Of a stretch of DNA of 64,000 nucleotides, positions 52,858 to 64,000 are shown piece after piece; positions within the stretch are counted from its first letter, which is position 1; every line of letters begins with the position of its first letter. Below the pieces are notes generated by a model. That model did no database searches. It was not told where the DNA came from and was given only the letters and a program-made list of their open reading frames with translations. The stretch covers positions 1-64,000 of the forward strand of contig AP039693.1 in assembly GCA_051599415.1 (NCBI GenBank), in the 5' to 3' direction. The position numbers were made by a program, and so were the translations under genes. Origin of the DNA: Savitreella phatthalungensis. Lineage: Eukaryota.

Positions 52858-54693
52858 CTTGAGAGAAGAAAGTAGAGTGGAAGCTCAAAGGGAGAAAGGT
52901 GGGCTGTGTGGATAAAAGATCGGGTCTGTGATGGGAGTGATGGACATCTTATACTCCGGCGGAGATTCTGTCTTGCGAAACTTTTTGTGTCAACGCGTCT
53001 CCTAGCACACCATCGTCGACAGCCAACGTTCGTTGGCAGTCAAGGACTTTGAACTTTCCTAGATTGTGACTAGGCTCTGAGAGCTGAACTAGGACGCCTT
53101 GAGGCCAGGTGGCCACCAGCCATAAGATATCCTCTGTCAGGTTCCATCTAAATAAATTTATGAATCCCCGTCAGACTGTACAATCCCGTTGTCAGATTCC
53201 GGATGAAATTTGACCAGTATCAAATATGCTCCCGCGCGTGCTAGTTCTTGCGGAATCGCCTCGTATCGTACTGTTAACGGTGACGATCTGGCCTGGTTCT
53301 GTTCGAGGCCTTGGTCTAGCCGATGCAGGTCTCGAAACCAAGTTGATTTGAGCGCAAAAGGGTATGTAGAGTTGAGAAGCGTGCAGGCTAAATGCTCTAC
53401 GGCCGAAGACAAATCATTCTCAACCGTGCAGGCTGTTAACAGTCATTGCGCCCAGTGTATCTACACAGGTTGAATGCTGAGAGGTAACGTTAAGCAAATG
53501 AATTTTTTGCCAGCCATTTTTTCCAACAGACGGCACTAAATGCAGTGAAAACATGATGATTTGTTCTTCACTGTCATCAGCCTCACCTTTTCTCTTAGCG
53601 ACGTCATTGTGTGAAGATCCGTGCTGGTGAGTGAACTGTTGAGTCTGCCACCAGATACCGATAAGCAGGCCTTGATGGAATTGCAAGATATCCACAAATA
53701 GCTCGGATGCTGAAACATACATCTCATTGGACAGCTCGGTTTATATATATCTTCAGGTGGAATGGCAAATTGGGCCAAGCAGAATAAAATTGTTGAACGG
53801 GATCTAAATGAAGCCCTGGTCATGACATCCTCCTCCGACATTTTCTTCCACGGTTCATTCATCTATCCCTTTCTCTTCCTTCTCCGAAATGCATCACGTT
53901 GCAAAAGCTGCCAGCAAGCGCGCTGCAGCCGCGTCAAGCCGGAATTAAAGAAAGGTCAAGAATATACAGACTACAGTAGATTGAAGACTCCTTGCTTCCA
54001 GCCGTGCCGCTGCATGTCAATTTGAACCGCATTTCCCCCAAAGAGCCTGCACAACCCATCCTATTCTGATCCTCAGCTTGCCTAACTGATTTCATATCCA
54101 CATAAGGCTCGAACACTTTGCTCGAACAAAGTGTGGGATCTAGCAACGTCGATGACTATATGCATACCTATAGCATGCGCTTCATGGTCTGGAGCGAGTC
54201 CGAAGATGTTTCAATGCAGTCTATAGCACAACAAATCTCCCAGCTGTCCGATTGATGGGTATGGCCGATCGTTCGCTAGCCTTGCGTTCCATCCGTCCTG
54301 GCGCTGCATTCGCAATCTCCGGCCGTAGGATAGAATCAGCCTCACCTTCGCCGGAGCCTAAGAGCCCTCAGCCGTCGGTCCTGTCTATCTCGACGCGTGC
54401 TGTAGTGTATTTTCAGATTGATCCCACAATTTACTGTCCATCTCCAGATTACTATATTTACCAGTGGCTAATTGACGTTGATTTCACCGAAAGTGGGACG
54501 CGTCTCACGGAGATCCCGCCTTGGTAGTTCCACATGTTTCACAGCGTCAAAAATCACGGTCACGTGTACACGGCGAAAAGATCTGTCTCTTGTTCCGTCA
54601 TCGATCACAATACCTGGGACGAGATGAAAGCGTGGTACTCAGGCACAACAGGTTAAGAGTCGTCGGCTTTGGACTCACGCCCCTTGTGAAGTC

Positions 54694-56418
54694 ATGCCGG
54701 CCATGGCTCGTAGGTCGTTTGCCAGTCTACGAAGCGTGGCGTCAAAGACGACGACCTTGTTCGGCGACGATGAGGCAGAGCCGAAATTTCCAACATGGGA
54801 CCTTCTGCTACTGGCGGCGATGCGCTTTGCAGAACCTATCAGCTTCACATCAATCAATCCCTATCTGTTCTTCATGATTCGACATCTCGGCATTGGTGAA
54901 AAGGATATTGGCTTCTATGCAGGTATCGTCCAGGCGTCTTTCCCGCTTGCAGAATTTGCCACGGCCTTGTTTTGGGGCCGATTATCGGATAAGCTGGGCC
55001 GTCGGCCTGTGATACTGATCTGTCTCGGCGGTTGCATTGTTCCAACTCTGCTTTTCGGGTTTTCGCACACAGTGTGGGAAGCCGTGTTGTGGCGAACAGT
55101 GACAGGTCTGATCAACGGCAACGCACCGGTCGTCGCTACCGCTTGCGCAGAAATCGTTACATACAAAGCTCACCAAGCTCTTGCGATGAGCGTTGTGCCA
55201 ATCAGCTGGAGTGTTGGTTCAATCCTAGGTCCGGTCATTGGCGGAGCTCTCGCGGATCCCGTCGGCCAACATCCAGAGCTCTTCCCCACGGGCAAGATTC
55301 GTGACTTCTTCCTCAACTTTCCATTTGCATTACCAAACATTGTGGCGAGCATTCTATTTGCTGTTGCGCTTGTCTTTGGCGTTCTTTTCCTGAAGGAGAC
55401 AAAGCCAGACATCGGATTTTCCGTGATGCCAAACGAAATCGACGACGAGACCACTTCGCTTCTCTCGCACACTTACAGCACGCGCCATGCCAATGCAACT
55501 CGTCGTGGCAGCGTTGTTTCAATATCCACCACGCAAGCGTATGAGCCCGCGATCCTCATCTTGCCGCCAACCGCCGAGGAAAATGGACACCTGCTACAAC
55601 CACCTTCCAGTGTTCGTCGCACGGATCGACCACGCTCGAGCAATGTACTGCCACCAGCTGAGCCCTATCAGGTGAAACAGACGACGTTCATGGAGGACGC
55701 TAGACAATTCACCTTCCAAATCTATCTGGCATTGTTCAATTTTGCGCTGCTTGCCTTCCACACGATGGCCGGCGACCAGGTATTTCCGCTCTATTGCTCT
55801 ACCTCACGTGCCGCTGGAGGACTTGCATTAGACGCAAAGAGTGTCGGACTCTTGTTCTCTCTTACCTCCTTTGGATCTCTCGCTATGCAGTTCATCTTTC
55901 CCTACGCCCATGCGGTCCTGGGATCGCGAGGGTGTCTTCAGTGGTCCTCGGTCTTTGGCATTGTTGCCTACATCATGCTGCCGTCACTCGTCTATCTGCC
56001 CGATGGTAGATGGTTGTTCGCAGGGTCGTTCATTGCGATCCTGTTTTTGCGCGCTTCCGCCATTTTGGGTTACCCGGCGATTACAATTTTACTTACCAAC
56101 GCTGTTCCGCCACCCACATTCCGAAATCCGAACTCCATCCTCGGCACGGTCAATGGGCTTTCCCAGAGCGTCGGCTCCTTTTCTCGTTCTCTCGGCGCGC
56201 TGATCATGGGTGCTATCTTCGCATGGTCCTTGAATGTAGGAGCTCCAATGGTGTCTTGGGCAATGTGCATCGTGCTGGCGCTGGTTGTACTTGTAGCGGC
56301 TCGATGGCAAGACGAAGAGGGCGAGGGGGAGTCGGCTGCTGCACGCGACGCTGCACTCGACACGGTCATCGAAGAGGATGATGATGAAGAAGGAGAAGAA
56401 GAAAGTCGGCAACGTTAA
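54694..56418 (+). CDS. MFS transporter (YCR023C/ZIFL-like)
   Basis: RFAEPISFTSINPY, WGRLSDKLGRRP (motif A), LGPVIGGALADP, PFALPN and LGTVNG. Confidence 0.92.
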   Translation: MPAMARRSFASLRSVASKTTTLFGDDEAEPKFPTWDLLLLAAMRFAEPISFTSINPYLFFMIRHLGIGEKDIGFYAGIVQASFPLAEFATALFWGRLSDKLGRRPVILICLGGCIVPTLLFGFSHTVWEAVLWRTVTGLINGNAPVVATACAEIVTYKAHQALAMSVVPISWSVGSILGPVIGGALADPVGQHPELFPTGKIRDFFLNFPFALPNIVASILFAVALVFGVLFLKETKPDIGFSVMPNEIDDETTSLLSHTYSTRHANATRRGSVVSISTTQAYEPAILILPPTAEENGHLLQPPSSVRRTDRPRSSNVLPPAEPYQVKQTTFMEDARQFTFQIYLALFNFALLAFHTMAGDQVFPLYCSTSRAAGGLALDAKSVGLLFSLTSFGSLAMQFIFPYAHAVLGSRGCLQWSSVFGIVAYIMLPSLVYLPDGRWLFAGSFIAILFLRASAILGYPAITILLTNAVPPPTFRNPNSILGTVNGLSQSVGSFSRSLGALIMGAIFAWSLNVGAPMVSWAMCIVLALVVLVAARWQDEEGEGESAAARDAALDTVIEEDDDEEGEEESRQR

Positions 56419-56663
56419 ATGAACCTGTTCCTATGATCACGATCGAGCTGGCTTCGCGCCAAACCTTATTCTCATGCATATTAGAATAGCCAGAATTGAT
56501 GGCAGAGATCTGGTTGACTGCATTTTCACTTTCGGCAGAGGCCGAGAGGATCTTCCTTTGTCACATGCATGCAGATGTCACTCGAATCCGGGGTATAAAT
56601 GAGACACGTCCTTAAATAGCCTGGACGTACTTGAACAAAGCCCGTTTTCTTCATACGTGTATC

Positions 56664-57860
56664 ATGTCTGGACCACTAGCTCATCTGCGAGTTATTGAGA
56701 TGGCTGGCCTTGCGCCTGCTCCATTTGCCGGCATGATTCTCGCGGATCTCGGCGCGGATGTTGTCCGTGTCGACCGCAAGACCGGCAGCGATTCTAAGAC
56801 GGTCGACAGCCTCACTCGCGGCAAACGTTCGATTGCCCTCGACTTGAAGAATCCTGCTGACAAGTCGACACTTCTGTCTCTGGCGGCAAAGGCTGATGTG
56901 CTGATCGAAGGTTACAGGCCTGGTGTAATGGAGTCTCTTGGTCTGGGGCCTCTGAACGTTCATGCCGTGAACCCAAGCCTGGTGTATGCACGGCTCACTG
57001 GATTCGAGCGTCACGATCCCGTTTGGGGTAAGGCGGCAGGTCATGACATCAATTACATCGCATTGTCGGGACTTCTCTCCCTCATCGGCTCCCGTGAGAT
57101 GCCCATACCCCCGGGCCCGATGTTGGGAGACATGGCTGGTGGAGGTATGGCGTGTGTGCTCGGCATCCTAGCCGCACTTGTCAGAAGATCTGTCGGTGGT
57201 CGAGAGATTGGCAGCGCTTCACGTCAATGTGGCGGGGTTGCGAATTCAGCAATCGCCCGACGACAGGCCGAAGCTTCAAACGGGATCGTTGTTGAGGCTG
57301 CGATGCAAGATGGAGCTGCTTATCTAGCAACCTTCTATAGACACGCTCGTGCTGGAGATCGCGGCGCCAGTATCGCGGGTAAACAACGTGGACATAATGT
57401 GCTCGACGGTGGAGCTCCATTTTACCGATGCTATGCATGTAAGGCGCCATCACATCCGGACAAATCGCCGCACGCACAGCAGAGGCAGTTCGTCGCTGTC
57501 GGATGCATTGAACCTCATTTCTACTCGAAGATGCTGGAGCTTCTGGGTATCAAGGAAGATGACGAGTCTTTGCCATCGCAATTCGACAGCGATCGATGGG
57601 ACGAACTAGCTGAGATCTTCGCACGAAAGTTTGCGGAGAAGACACGAGACGAGTGGGCGGAAATCTTCCTGGGATCGGACGCTTGTGTTACGCCCGTCAT
57701 TGAGGAGGTTCAGGATCGTCGTGTCCCGGTGGTAGTCGATGGCCACGGCAGGTACAACTGGAAAGAGCGATCTGCGGGTATGGCAGAGGACCCCGGCATG
57801 GTTCCTGGTCATGGCCAAGATGATGTCCTCCGGGAGTGGGTCAAGGGCTCAAAGCTATAG
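56664..57860 (+). CDS. CoA-transferase family III / alpha-methylacyl-CoA racemase-like, predicted peroxisomal
   Basis: GPLAHLRVIEMAGLAPAPF, RGKRSI, RPGVMESLGLGP, GHDINY, GDMAGG and DGGAPFY. C-terminal SKL. Confidence 0.94.
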   Translation: MSGPLAHLRVIEMAGLAPAPFAGMILADLGADVVRVDRKTGSDSKTVDSLTRGKRSIALDLKNPADKSTLLSLAAKADVLIEGYRPGVMESLGLGPLNVHAVNPSLVYARLTGFERHDPVWGKAAGHDINYIALSGLLSLIGSREMPIPPGPMLGDMAGGGMACVLGILAALVRRSVGGREIGSASRQCGGVANSAIARRQAEASNGIVVEAAMQDGAAYLATFYRHARAGDRGASIAGKQRGHNVLDGGAPFYRCYACKAPSHPDKSPHAQQRQFVAVGCIEPHFYSKMLELLGIKEDDESLPSQFDSDRWDELAEIFARKFAEKTRDEWAEIFLGSDACVTPVIEEVQDRRVPVVVDGHGRYNWKERSAGMAEDPGMVPGHGQDDVLREWVKGSKL

Positions 57861-57975
57861 TCATTATGCATGGATGTGGTTCGAATGTGATACAATTTCT
57901 GTTGCTCCTCTTCCTTTTGCCACGGCCTCCTCGATTCTTCTTCGGGTCATGTGATCAGATGAAACGTAGTGGGCT

Positions 57976-60900
57976 TTACTCGTCTTCATCAAGAGATGAT
58001 CGCTCAGCTGCAGGCGATGCTGTCTGGCGCGGTGGAGAGCGTACATTGTGTTTCGCGACGTCTTCGTCTTCCGAAGACTCACTGGAGTCCCCTAAACTGA
58101 GAATTGGCCGTGATCTCACAGCAGGCGATGCTGGTTTATTGTCTTCATCAGTCGATGCTTCTGCATGAGCGACGATCGGATCCGTGGATTCGACGCGTGA
58201 CTCATGGCCAATCTCGAACTCATTCGGCGCAGACGTGGTTGCAATCTGATGAAGTTCTGTCAAATTCTCCCGAACTGGCTCGCCGAACGTCTCCTCGTCT
58301 TCATCCAGCTCATCAGGATCGCCAATCGGCCCGCCAGGACGTCCGAAGTCTGCTCGCCGAGGCTGTGACATGGCCGACCAGTAATGTGCTCGACCAGCTG
58401 CATCTTCTTCATCAGATTCCTCGTCTTCATCGCTGGAACCGAATTTCCCCGTGACATCGCCAGCAATCTGCTGCGAGATGTAATTGGCAAATTGATCGCG
58501 CTCATCAGCCGCAGCCGAACCAGCCTGCTGAGCTCCGGCAGCACGTCTCTCGAAGTTGCGTTGCTGACGCAGCTGCTGGCGTCGGCGGCGGGTGCGTTCC
58601 AGGGCCTCCTCATCGTCGGGGTCCACGTCTTCCTCAAGTTCGTCATCGAGCAACTCGTCATCGTCATCATCGAGGTCATCCTCCCCATCGTCGTCTTCCC
58701 TGTCCATGGAAAATCGACCTAGACGGCGCGCAAGCTCTCGATCATCAGCATCAATGTCGTCTTCGTCTTCGTCATCGTCTCCGTGACCGCCGGATTGGAA
58801 GCTGTATTGGAAAGAACCAGTAGCATCGTAGGCCCCAGGGTCCGTATCCCATGCACCGCCATCCACAACTCCATCGACCGTGCTTTGTGCGGCAAGCCCC
58901 TGCTGTGCCTGCTGTGCCGGCCCCAATGGTCGTACGCCTCCGAGGATAGCAGAATCCCGAGCACGTGTTTCTGCCAAGGTCGTCTCGACATATGCTGTCC
59001 ACATCGCACTCTGAACTTTTTCCTCGACGAGTGGCGACACTTCTCTCGGCGGAAAGCGCTGGGCGAATTTGACGACCTCCTCTGCGATGAGTGTCAAATG
59101 GCCCATGTAGCCCAAGCGAACACCCTTTTCGGCGACGTGCTCATCTGACCGCGCCTGTCCTTCAACAATGCGCTCGCAGATCAGGCCCTGGGAGAAAACG
59201 TCAATTGCCAAGACACGATTGTAGCCGCGATCCATTGGGCCATTCAATACCTGTTGCACAACATCGTAGACAACATTGTGTAAGAAGTTGTTCCAGGGGA
59301 AGCAGAAGAAGAGCTCCAGGATCGTCGGCACCACTCTGTGCTCGATGAACTGGACCTTTAGATAGTCACCAACAACGGGCTCGTAGCTGATTGATGGCTG
59401 TCGTGAATCTGTCGAGATCGACAATGACACTGTGTCGATATCGGATGCGTGGCTGCGTCCTTCCAATTTCCTTTGTGTCTCCAGATCATCGTCTTCATTC
59501 TCATCAACTGACAGCTCTTTCGAGGTGACAATGACACTGTCTCCATCCACTCCATCTTCTGCCGCGCCGAGCTGCGTGGTTTCTGGGACAGTTTCCAGTT
59601 CGGGCTTTTCACTGAAGCTGCTCATCATCAATGTGTCCGTTGTATCACGAGTTGATGGCAGATCGTGCATCAAAGGCTGATCTTGCGGGCCTATATCTGC
59701 CAGCCGTTCAAGCTCATCTTCTTGTGTCGTTTTGGACGAATCAAGGACGTCGACAATACTATCGGAGCGTTCAACCGGAAGATACGGTGCCTCATCCGAG
59801 CTAGAACCGCGCCTCGAATGACGCCTGCTTACTTGCGGCGGACTGAGCGTGTCACCGACTCTGTCCGATATTGACGTTGTTTCGGATACTACACTTGAAT
59901 GCCGTCCTGCGTGCAGAGCGGGTGTATTCAGTTTCTCTTGTCTTTGCAATTCCCGTAATTTCTCGCGCTCCAGATCTCTCTGCTTGACGACGGCCTCTCC
60001 GTGGGGGTCATTCAGGAGCTGCATGTTGCTGCAATGAAGAAGCTCAGCGTAGAGCTCGCAGATGCGGAAGCGCTCGAAGCCGAGTGACTCGACTTCATCA
60101 TAGCCGGCCGTTTTGATCATCTTGATATTGTTTGAAGAAGCCAGAATACGCTGGAAGCTCACAATCTCCTCTGCAAAGATGCGCAGCATGGTGCCGAGGT
60201 ATATAGGGTCGCGTGAGCTCGGTGGAGCATTGTTGTAAGCGAGTGCCATGATTGGTGTCAGGTCGTAATCTGAGTTGTTCTTGCGAATCAACTCGATAAC
60301 AATACTGACGCCTGTAGTGAGAGAAGCGTTTGTGCCATTCGAAGTCTCCTGCACCATATTCGTCACCATCTGCCTGATTTTCGAGTCAGAGACGAGAGCT
60401 CGCGACAGCGAATTTGGACCTATGACGCCTTGGTCTTGCGAGTTGGCGGAGATTGCAATGATGGCCTTTACAACGTCTGCAATGGTCGTCTGCACGTCCG
60501 GGTCCACATCTGGCTTGAGCTGGGCGAGAAGACGATCAAGAAGTCCGTCGTCGTGTAACCAGTCGACGATGCCCGACCCGACGTCCGTCTTCTCCATAGA
60601 GATAATCTTTAGCAGAAGGTCCATGATCGCTGAGGTATCGCTGTGTTTCAACAGTTTGTCCAGCACTCCGGGAATACCCTGGATGAAGGCAATCATTTCC
60701 TCCGTCTTCTTTTCCAGGAATTTCTCATTGACTTTCGTGAAATATGATGCGCGCAAAGGGTTGAGAGGGGGAGGAGCCTCAATGAAGGACCAGAACTTAG
60801 GTAACAGTCCTGGGTGCTCAAACACGGTCTCGCATATTGACCAAACTTCGCACGAAAGTATCTCGCAAGCGACGAAAGCATACTTGAATGCCTTCTTCTC

Positions 60901-61197
60901 GTCCTCATGCTGATCTGCAAGAATGATGTAGTCAAGCAGAGTGGATAGGATGTGCTCTTGGCGGAGATAGTCGAGCAGTCGAGCATTGTGGACCTTGATC
61001 TCCTGCAAAAGATCTTCCTCATCTAGAACCTTATCGAGGGTGATCTCTCCGGGCGGCTTGTCTAGCAAGGTCTCAATGCCGCTGCCATTCTGGAAGGCAA
61101 ATGTGCCTAGTTTCCCTGGTCATCGATGTCAGTACATTGTGCTAGGATCCCGACTTCCAATTGAGAGGGGTGCATGGACATAGAACTTACAAAACAT
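57976..61197 (-). CDS. SIT4/PP6-associated protein (SAPS family, Ekc1/Sap190-like); exons 61197-61191 and 61115-57976
   Basis: A 75-nt intron (GTAAGT..TACTGAC..CAG, 61190-61116) gives the N-terminus MFWKLGTF. Motifs IELIRKNNSDYD, LGFERFRICELYAELLHCSNM, PWNNFLHNVVYD and RLGYMGHLTLIAEEV. Confidence 0.95.
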
Positions 61198-62683
61198 GAG
61201 TGGAGGGCTCTGCTGAATGCGTAAATCCCCTGAGCTTCAACCTATATGGACATGTCGTGCCTAGATGCAGAATTGACTGTAGTCAGAAGAAACGGCAGAG
61301 CTGCCAGGACCTGCGTGTGAGTTTGTGATGTTGCACACTTGTTACAGCTGAACACTGTACGGCCGCAATTATCCGCAGCAGCGGAGTCCAAGGATGATCT
61401 GATGCAGTCAAGCGGCAGACTAGGTCGCTTGCGCTCCTGTAAGAGCTGAAGTCTTTGATAGTCTCAGGCCGGGAGGATAATCGGTTCACGTGCCGGCACC
61501 CGGAAATTGTCTTTGGTCTTGGAGAGTAGAATACCGCTCTGGGCCAGACGATGTGCGGCTCAAGAGGTCGAGGACTTGTGCTGCGTGATGAAAGTGCTCA
61601 CTAAACTAAGGCTTGATGCTGCGCCCGACTCTAGTGAGCTTTTGTCACGTCGATGTCCTTGCGGAGCTTCGTCCCTGCCAAGTCCAATCCAGTCAATCAC
61701 CATGCATGCATAGATCCATCCGATTTTGATTTCTATGTCGTGCACGATATATTCGATAGATACACACATGGATGCATGACTGTGCTGAGTACATATATAC
61801 AGTAGACGTGCAGTTAATGCTGTATTTAGCTCTTATCTCTCATGATAATATTAATAGATATCCCGATCCTCGAGCAGTTAAGCGCTGCGCATCTGAAGTG
61901 TACACATCCAAGTTACGACCGTAAACTTTTGATTTCTAGGCCGAAATTGTGCATGCTTGAATAATTTGTATCACTCAACTAGCTCAGCTCTGATTCACAA
62001 GTACAATCTAAATCGATCTGTGCATTTCTGCAGTACTGTCAATGAAATTGTGTTTCAATCGTTAATCAAATTGGAACGCATGTAAGATGCACGCGCCAGA
62101 TCCCGGTACGCGTCCTCACGCAGTGTCTCCGCATGCATATATGAATATGACTCGAGTGATACTTCCAGCTTAAGACAGAGCTCGAGCACGTGAATGATTT
62201 GCCACAGCGGAACGCATTGACCCTCTTGACTGATGTTGTACCAGTATATATCTCCAGATTTGCTCAATGGCCCGCTCAAATACATGGTCAATTGATCATG
62301 AGATTGCCGGCCTGACCCGATAAAAGTATACTCCCATAATAGATAGGTAGAACTTCACTCATTCCGCCCGCCGTGTTTTCAAAACGGTCATGGGGCGTAT
62401 GGACCGGCCTTCATTATCACATGCTGCTGATTCGGCATTGATTCCTTATTTCACTCTCCATAACTAATCGAGCCTCCCTGGTGACCTCGTTCTCACATGC
62501 TGTTCTGCGAATGGACGCTGAGACAGTGACACAGTCGCACCAAATGAAAGCAGACTCATGCGGTGGTAGGTTTGTCAAACAATCCACTTACGAGCAGCAT
62601 CCAGCTGTTTTCGATATAGCTGGCTTACTGTGACTCAAAAATCTCAGCTGCGCAGGTGAGTCGCCCGAAGGTCTGCCGTGCAA

Positions 62684-64000
62684 CTACCATGTCAGATCCA
62701 CCTGCTCTGCTTTGACAAAGCTAACCAGGTCTTCTTCATTTGCCACTAATTCGTCCTGCGCCTGCTTCCGCTTAAAGAAGACATCGCAATCCATATTTGT
62801 GCACAGTATCTCTCGCTTCGACCGCATGCAGTCGTGGCATGTCTCCTCGAGTACCCGCTTTCGTGCTCTGCAAGCCGTGAATCTCTCAAGCTTTTCGTTG
62901 GCCCGGGAATGAGCCTGCGAAGAGTGCTTAGCGCAAAGCTTTCGCCCCGTCTCGCATGTGTCTCCACACATGTCACAACGCGCTAGAGACTTCTTGCCTG
63001 CACTCAGAAAGGCGCCCATTACACCAGCAGACTTGACTGCGACCTTTGTCTTGACAGTGCTTTTGAATAAGGCTTCTATTTCCTTTGCCGGCAGGAACAG
63101 CTCCAGGATGCGTTGTAATGGATTATGCACTGTGTGGTCAACGTAGTATTGGTAGTCCAGCAGCAGACCCTTCTCGATAGCGTACACAGGATCCTCTGCC
63201 TTCTCAAAGCCCTTTGAGTTTGGAGCAGCTTGAATGAAAACGTAGCTGATTCGCTCTCCATCCTTGAAGACGAGGCCGGAATCACGACCGCGCATCTTGT
63301 CAATCACAGAAATGTGTGGCTGCTTGCCGCTGTAGTCCGCCGCCTCGCTACCCAGCCACAGACCCTTAGTCATGATGAAATTGCCGACGTCGAGCTCGCC
63401 ATTCAATATCTGGCCGACTGAGCCCTTGACGCTTTGCTTGACCCTCTCGATGATGACCGCCCGGTCCTCCTGACTGATCTTCTGATCTGGTCCGTTGTTA
63501 CGATCCTGTGGGAAGAGGATCTGCAGAACATCGCCAATGACCTTGCCGACAACGGGAACAGCATCTCGACGGTTGGCTTCAATGCCTTTGATATCAATCT
63601 CGCGTGGCGAATCTGCCGTCGTCCAGAGGAGGCCAGCGTAGCGCTTTCGATTCTGCAATAGAGATGGGAATAGGACCTTTTCAAACTCCAACTGAATGGG
63701 ATCGGGCCAAACCTCACTAACCTCTCGGCTGATTCGCTCCCCCATTTCGATAGCCTCCTTCACAGACTTGCCGAAAAGCTTCACGAAAACAGAGTCTGTG
63801 TCGCCGTACACAACTTCACAAACATCGCGAAGGCCTTCCGAATTGTAACGCCGTTCAATTTCCTGCTTGACGAGCTCGAGCATAGCAGCGCCTTCAGAGA
63901 TTGTCCCGTCCGCAATGGCGAGGTTCTGTAATCTTGATTCTCGTGCGCCCATAAATCCATAGACTGCATTCGCCACAACTTTCAGAGCGCGTTGACGCCC
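62684..64000 (-). CDS. Family B DNA polymerase, divergent Pol delta-like, 3' part only (gene starts beyond the window)
   Basis: RQRALKVVANAVYGF (motif B), YGDTDS (motif C), LEFEKV, RKRYAG and KGIE..RRD. C-terminal CysA (CDMC..CAKH) and CysB (CHDC..CTNMDC). Confidence 0.92.
   Translation of the reverse strand, partial: GRQRALKVVANAVYGFMGARESRLQNLAIADGTISEGAAMLELVKQEIERRYNSEGLRDVCEVVYGDTDSVFVKLFGKSVKEAIEMGERISREVSEVWPDPIQLEFEKVLFPSLLQNRKRYAGLLWTTADSPREIDIKGIEANRRDAVPVVGKVIGDVLQILFPQDRNNGPDQKISQEDRAVIIERVKQSVKGSVGQILNGELDVGNFIMTKGLWLGSEAADYSGKQPHISVIDKMRGRDSGLVFKDGERISYVFIQAAPNSKGFEKAEDPVYAIEKGLLLDYQYYVDHTVHNPLQRILELFLPAKEIEALFKSTVKTKVAVKSAGVMGAFLSAGKKSLARCDMCGDTCETGRKLCAKHSSQAHSRANEKLERFTACRARKRVLEETCHDCMRSKREILCTNMDCDVFFKRKQAQDELVANEEDLVSFVKAEQVDLTW

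Noticed and set aside
52254..52915. Several long ORFs overlapping the Ser/Ala-rich gene
   Set aside because: These are antisense or alternate-frame shadows of a GC-rich, codon-biased gene.
60275..60913. 212-aa plus-strand ORF
   Set aside because: It is an antisense shadow of the SAP-family gene.

Overview
This window is the left end of a chromosome from a compact, intron-poor fungal genome. Taphrinomycotina-like is my inference from gene content, gene density and TTAGGG telomeres. It begins with an untrimmed Oxford Nanopore adapter and native barcode (1-60), then a (CCCTAA)20 telomere and CCCTGA variant repeats. Next is about 2.6 kb of CpG-depleted subtelomeric repeats, including a decayed tRNA/SINE-like element. 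From about 2.9 to 10.4 kb lies an array of two unrelated gene families I cannot assign ('A' and 'B'). They occur as a divergent A<- ->B pair, a second A/B pair whose A copy is scrambled into a long inverted repeat, and further B fragments. This array is the best candidate for an undescribed system. It is followed by an acyltransferase-3 / GT32 mannosyltransferase / acyltransferase-3 / acyl-CoA ligase neighbourhood interrupted by NOP4. The rest is mostly housekeeping genes: CTI6-like, TAL1, RSM22, CYS2-like, RER2, TIM44, an AVT-type transporter, MFS transporters, polyubiquitin, EngB-like GTPase, PET112, AMACR-like and a SAP-family gene. The window ends in the 3' part of a divergent DNA polymerase delta-like gene. 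All family calls come from motif recognition by eye; no searches were run.
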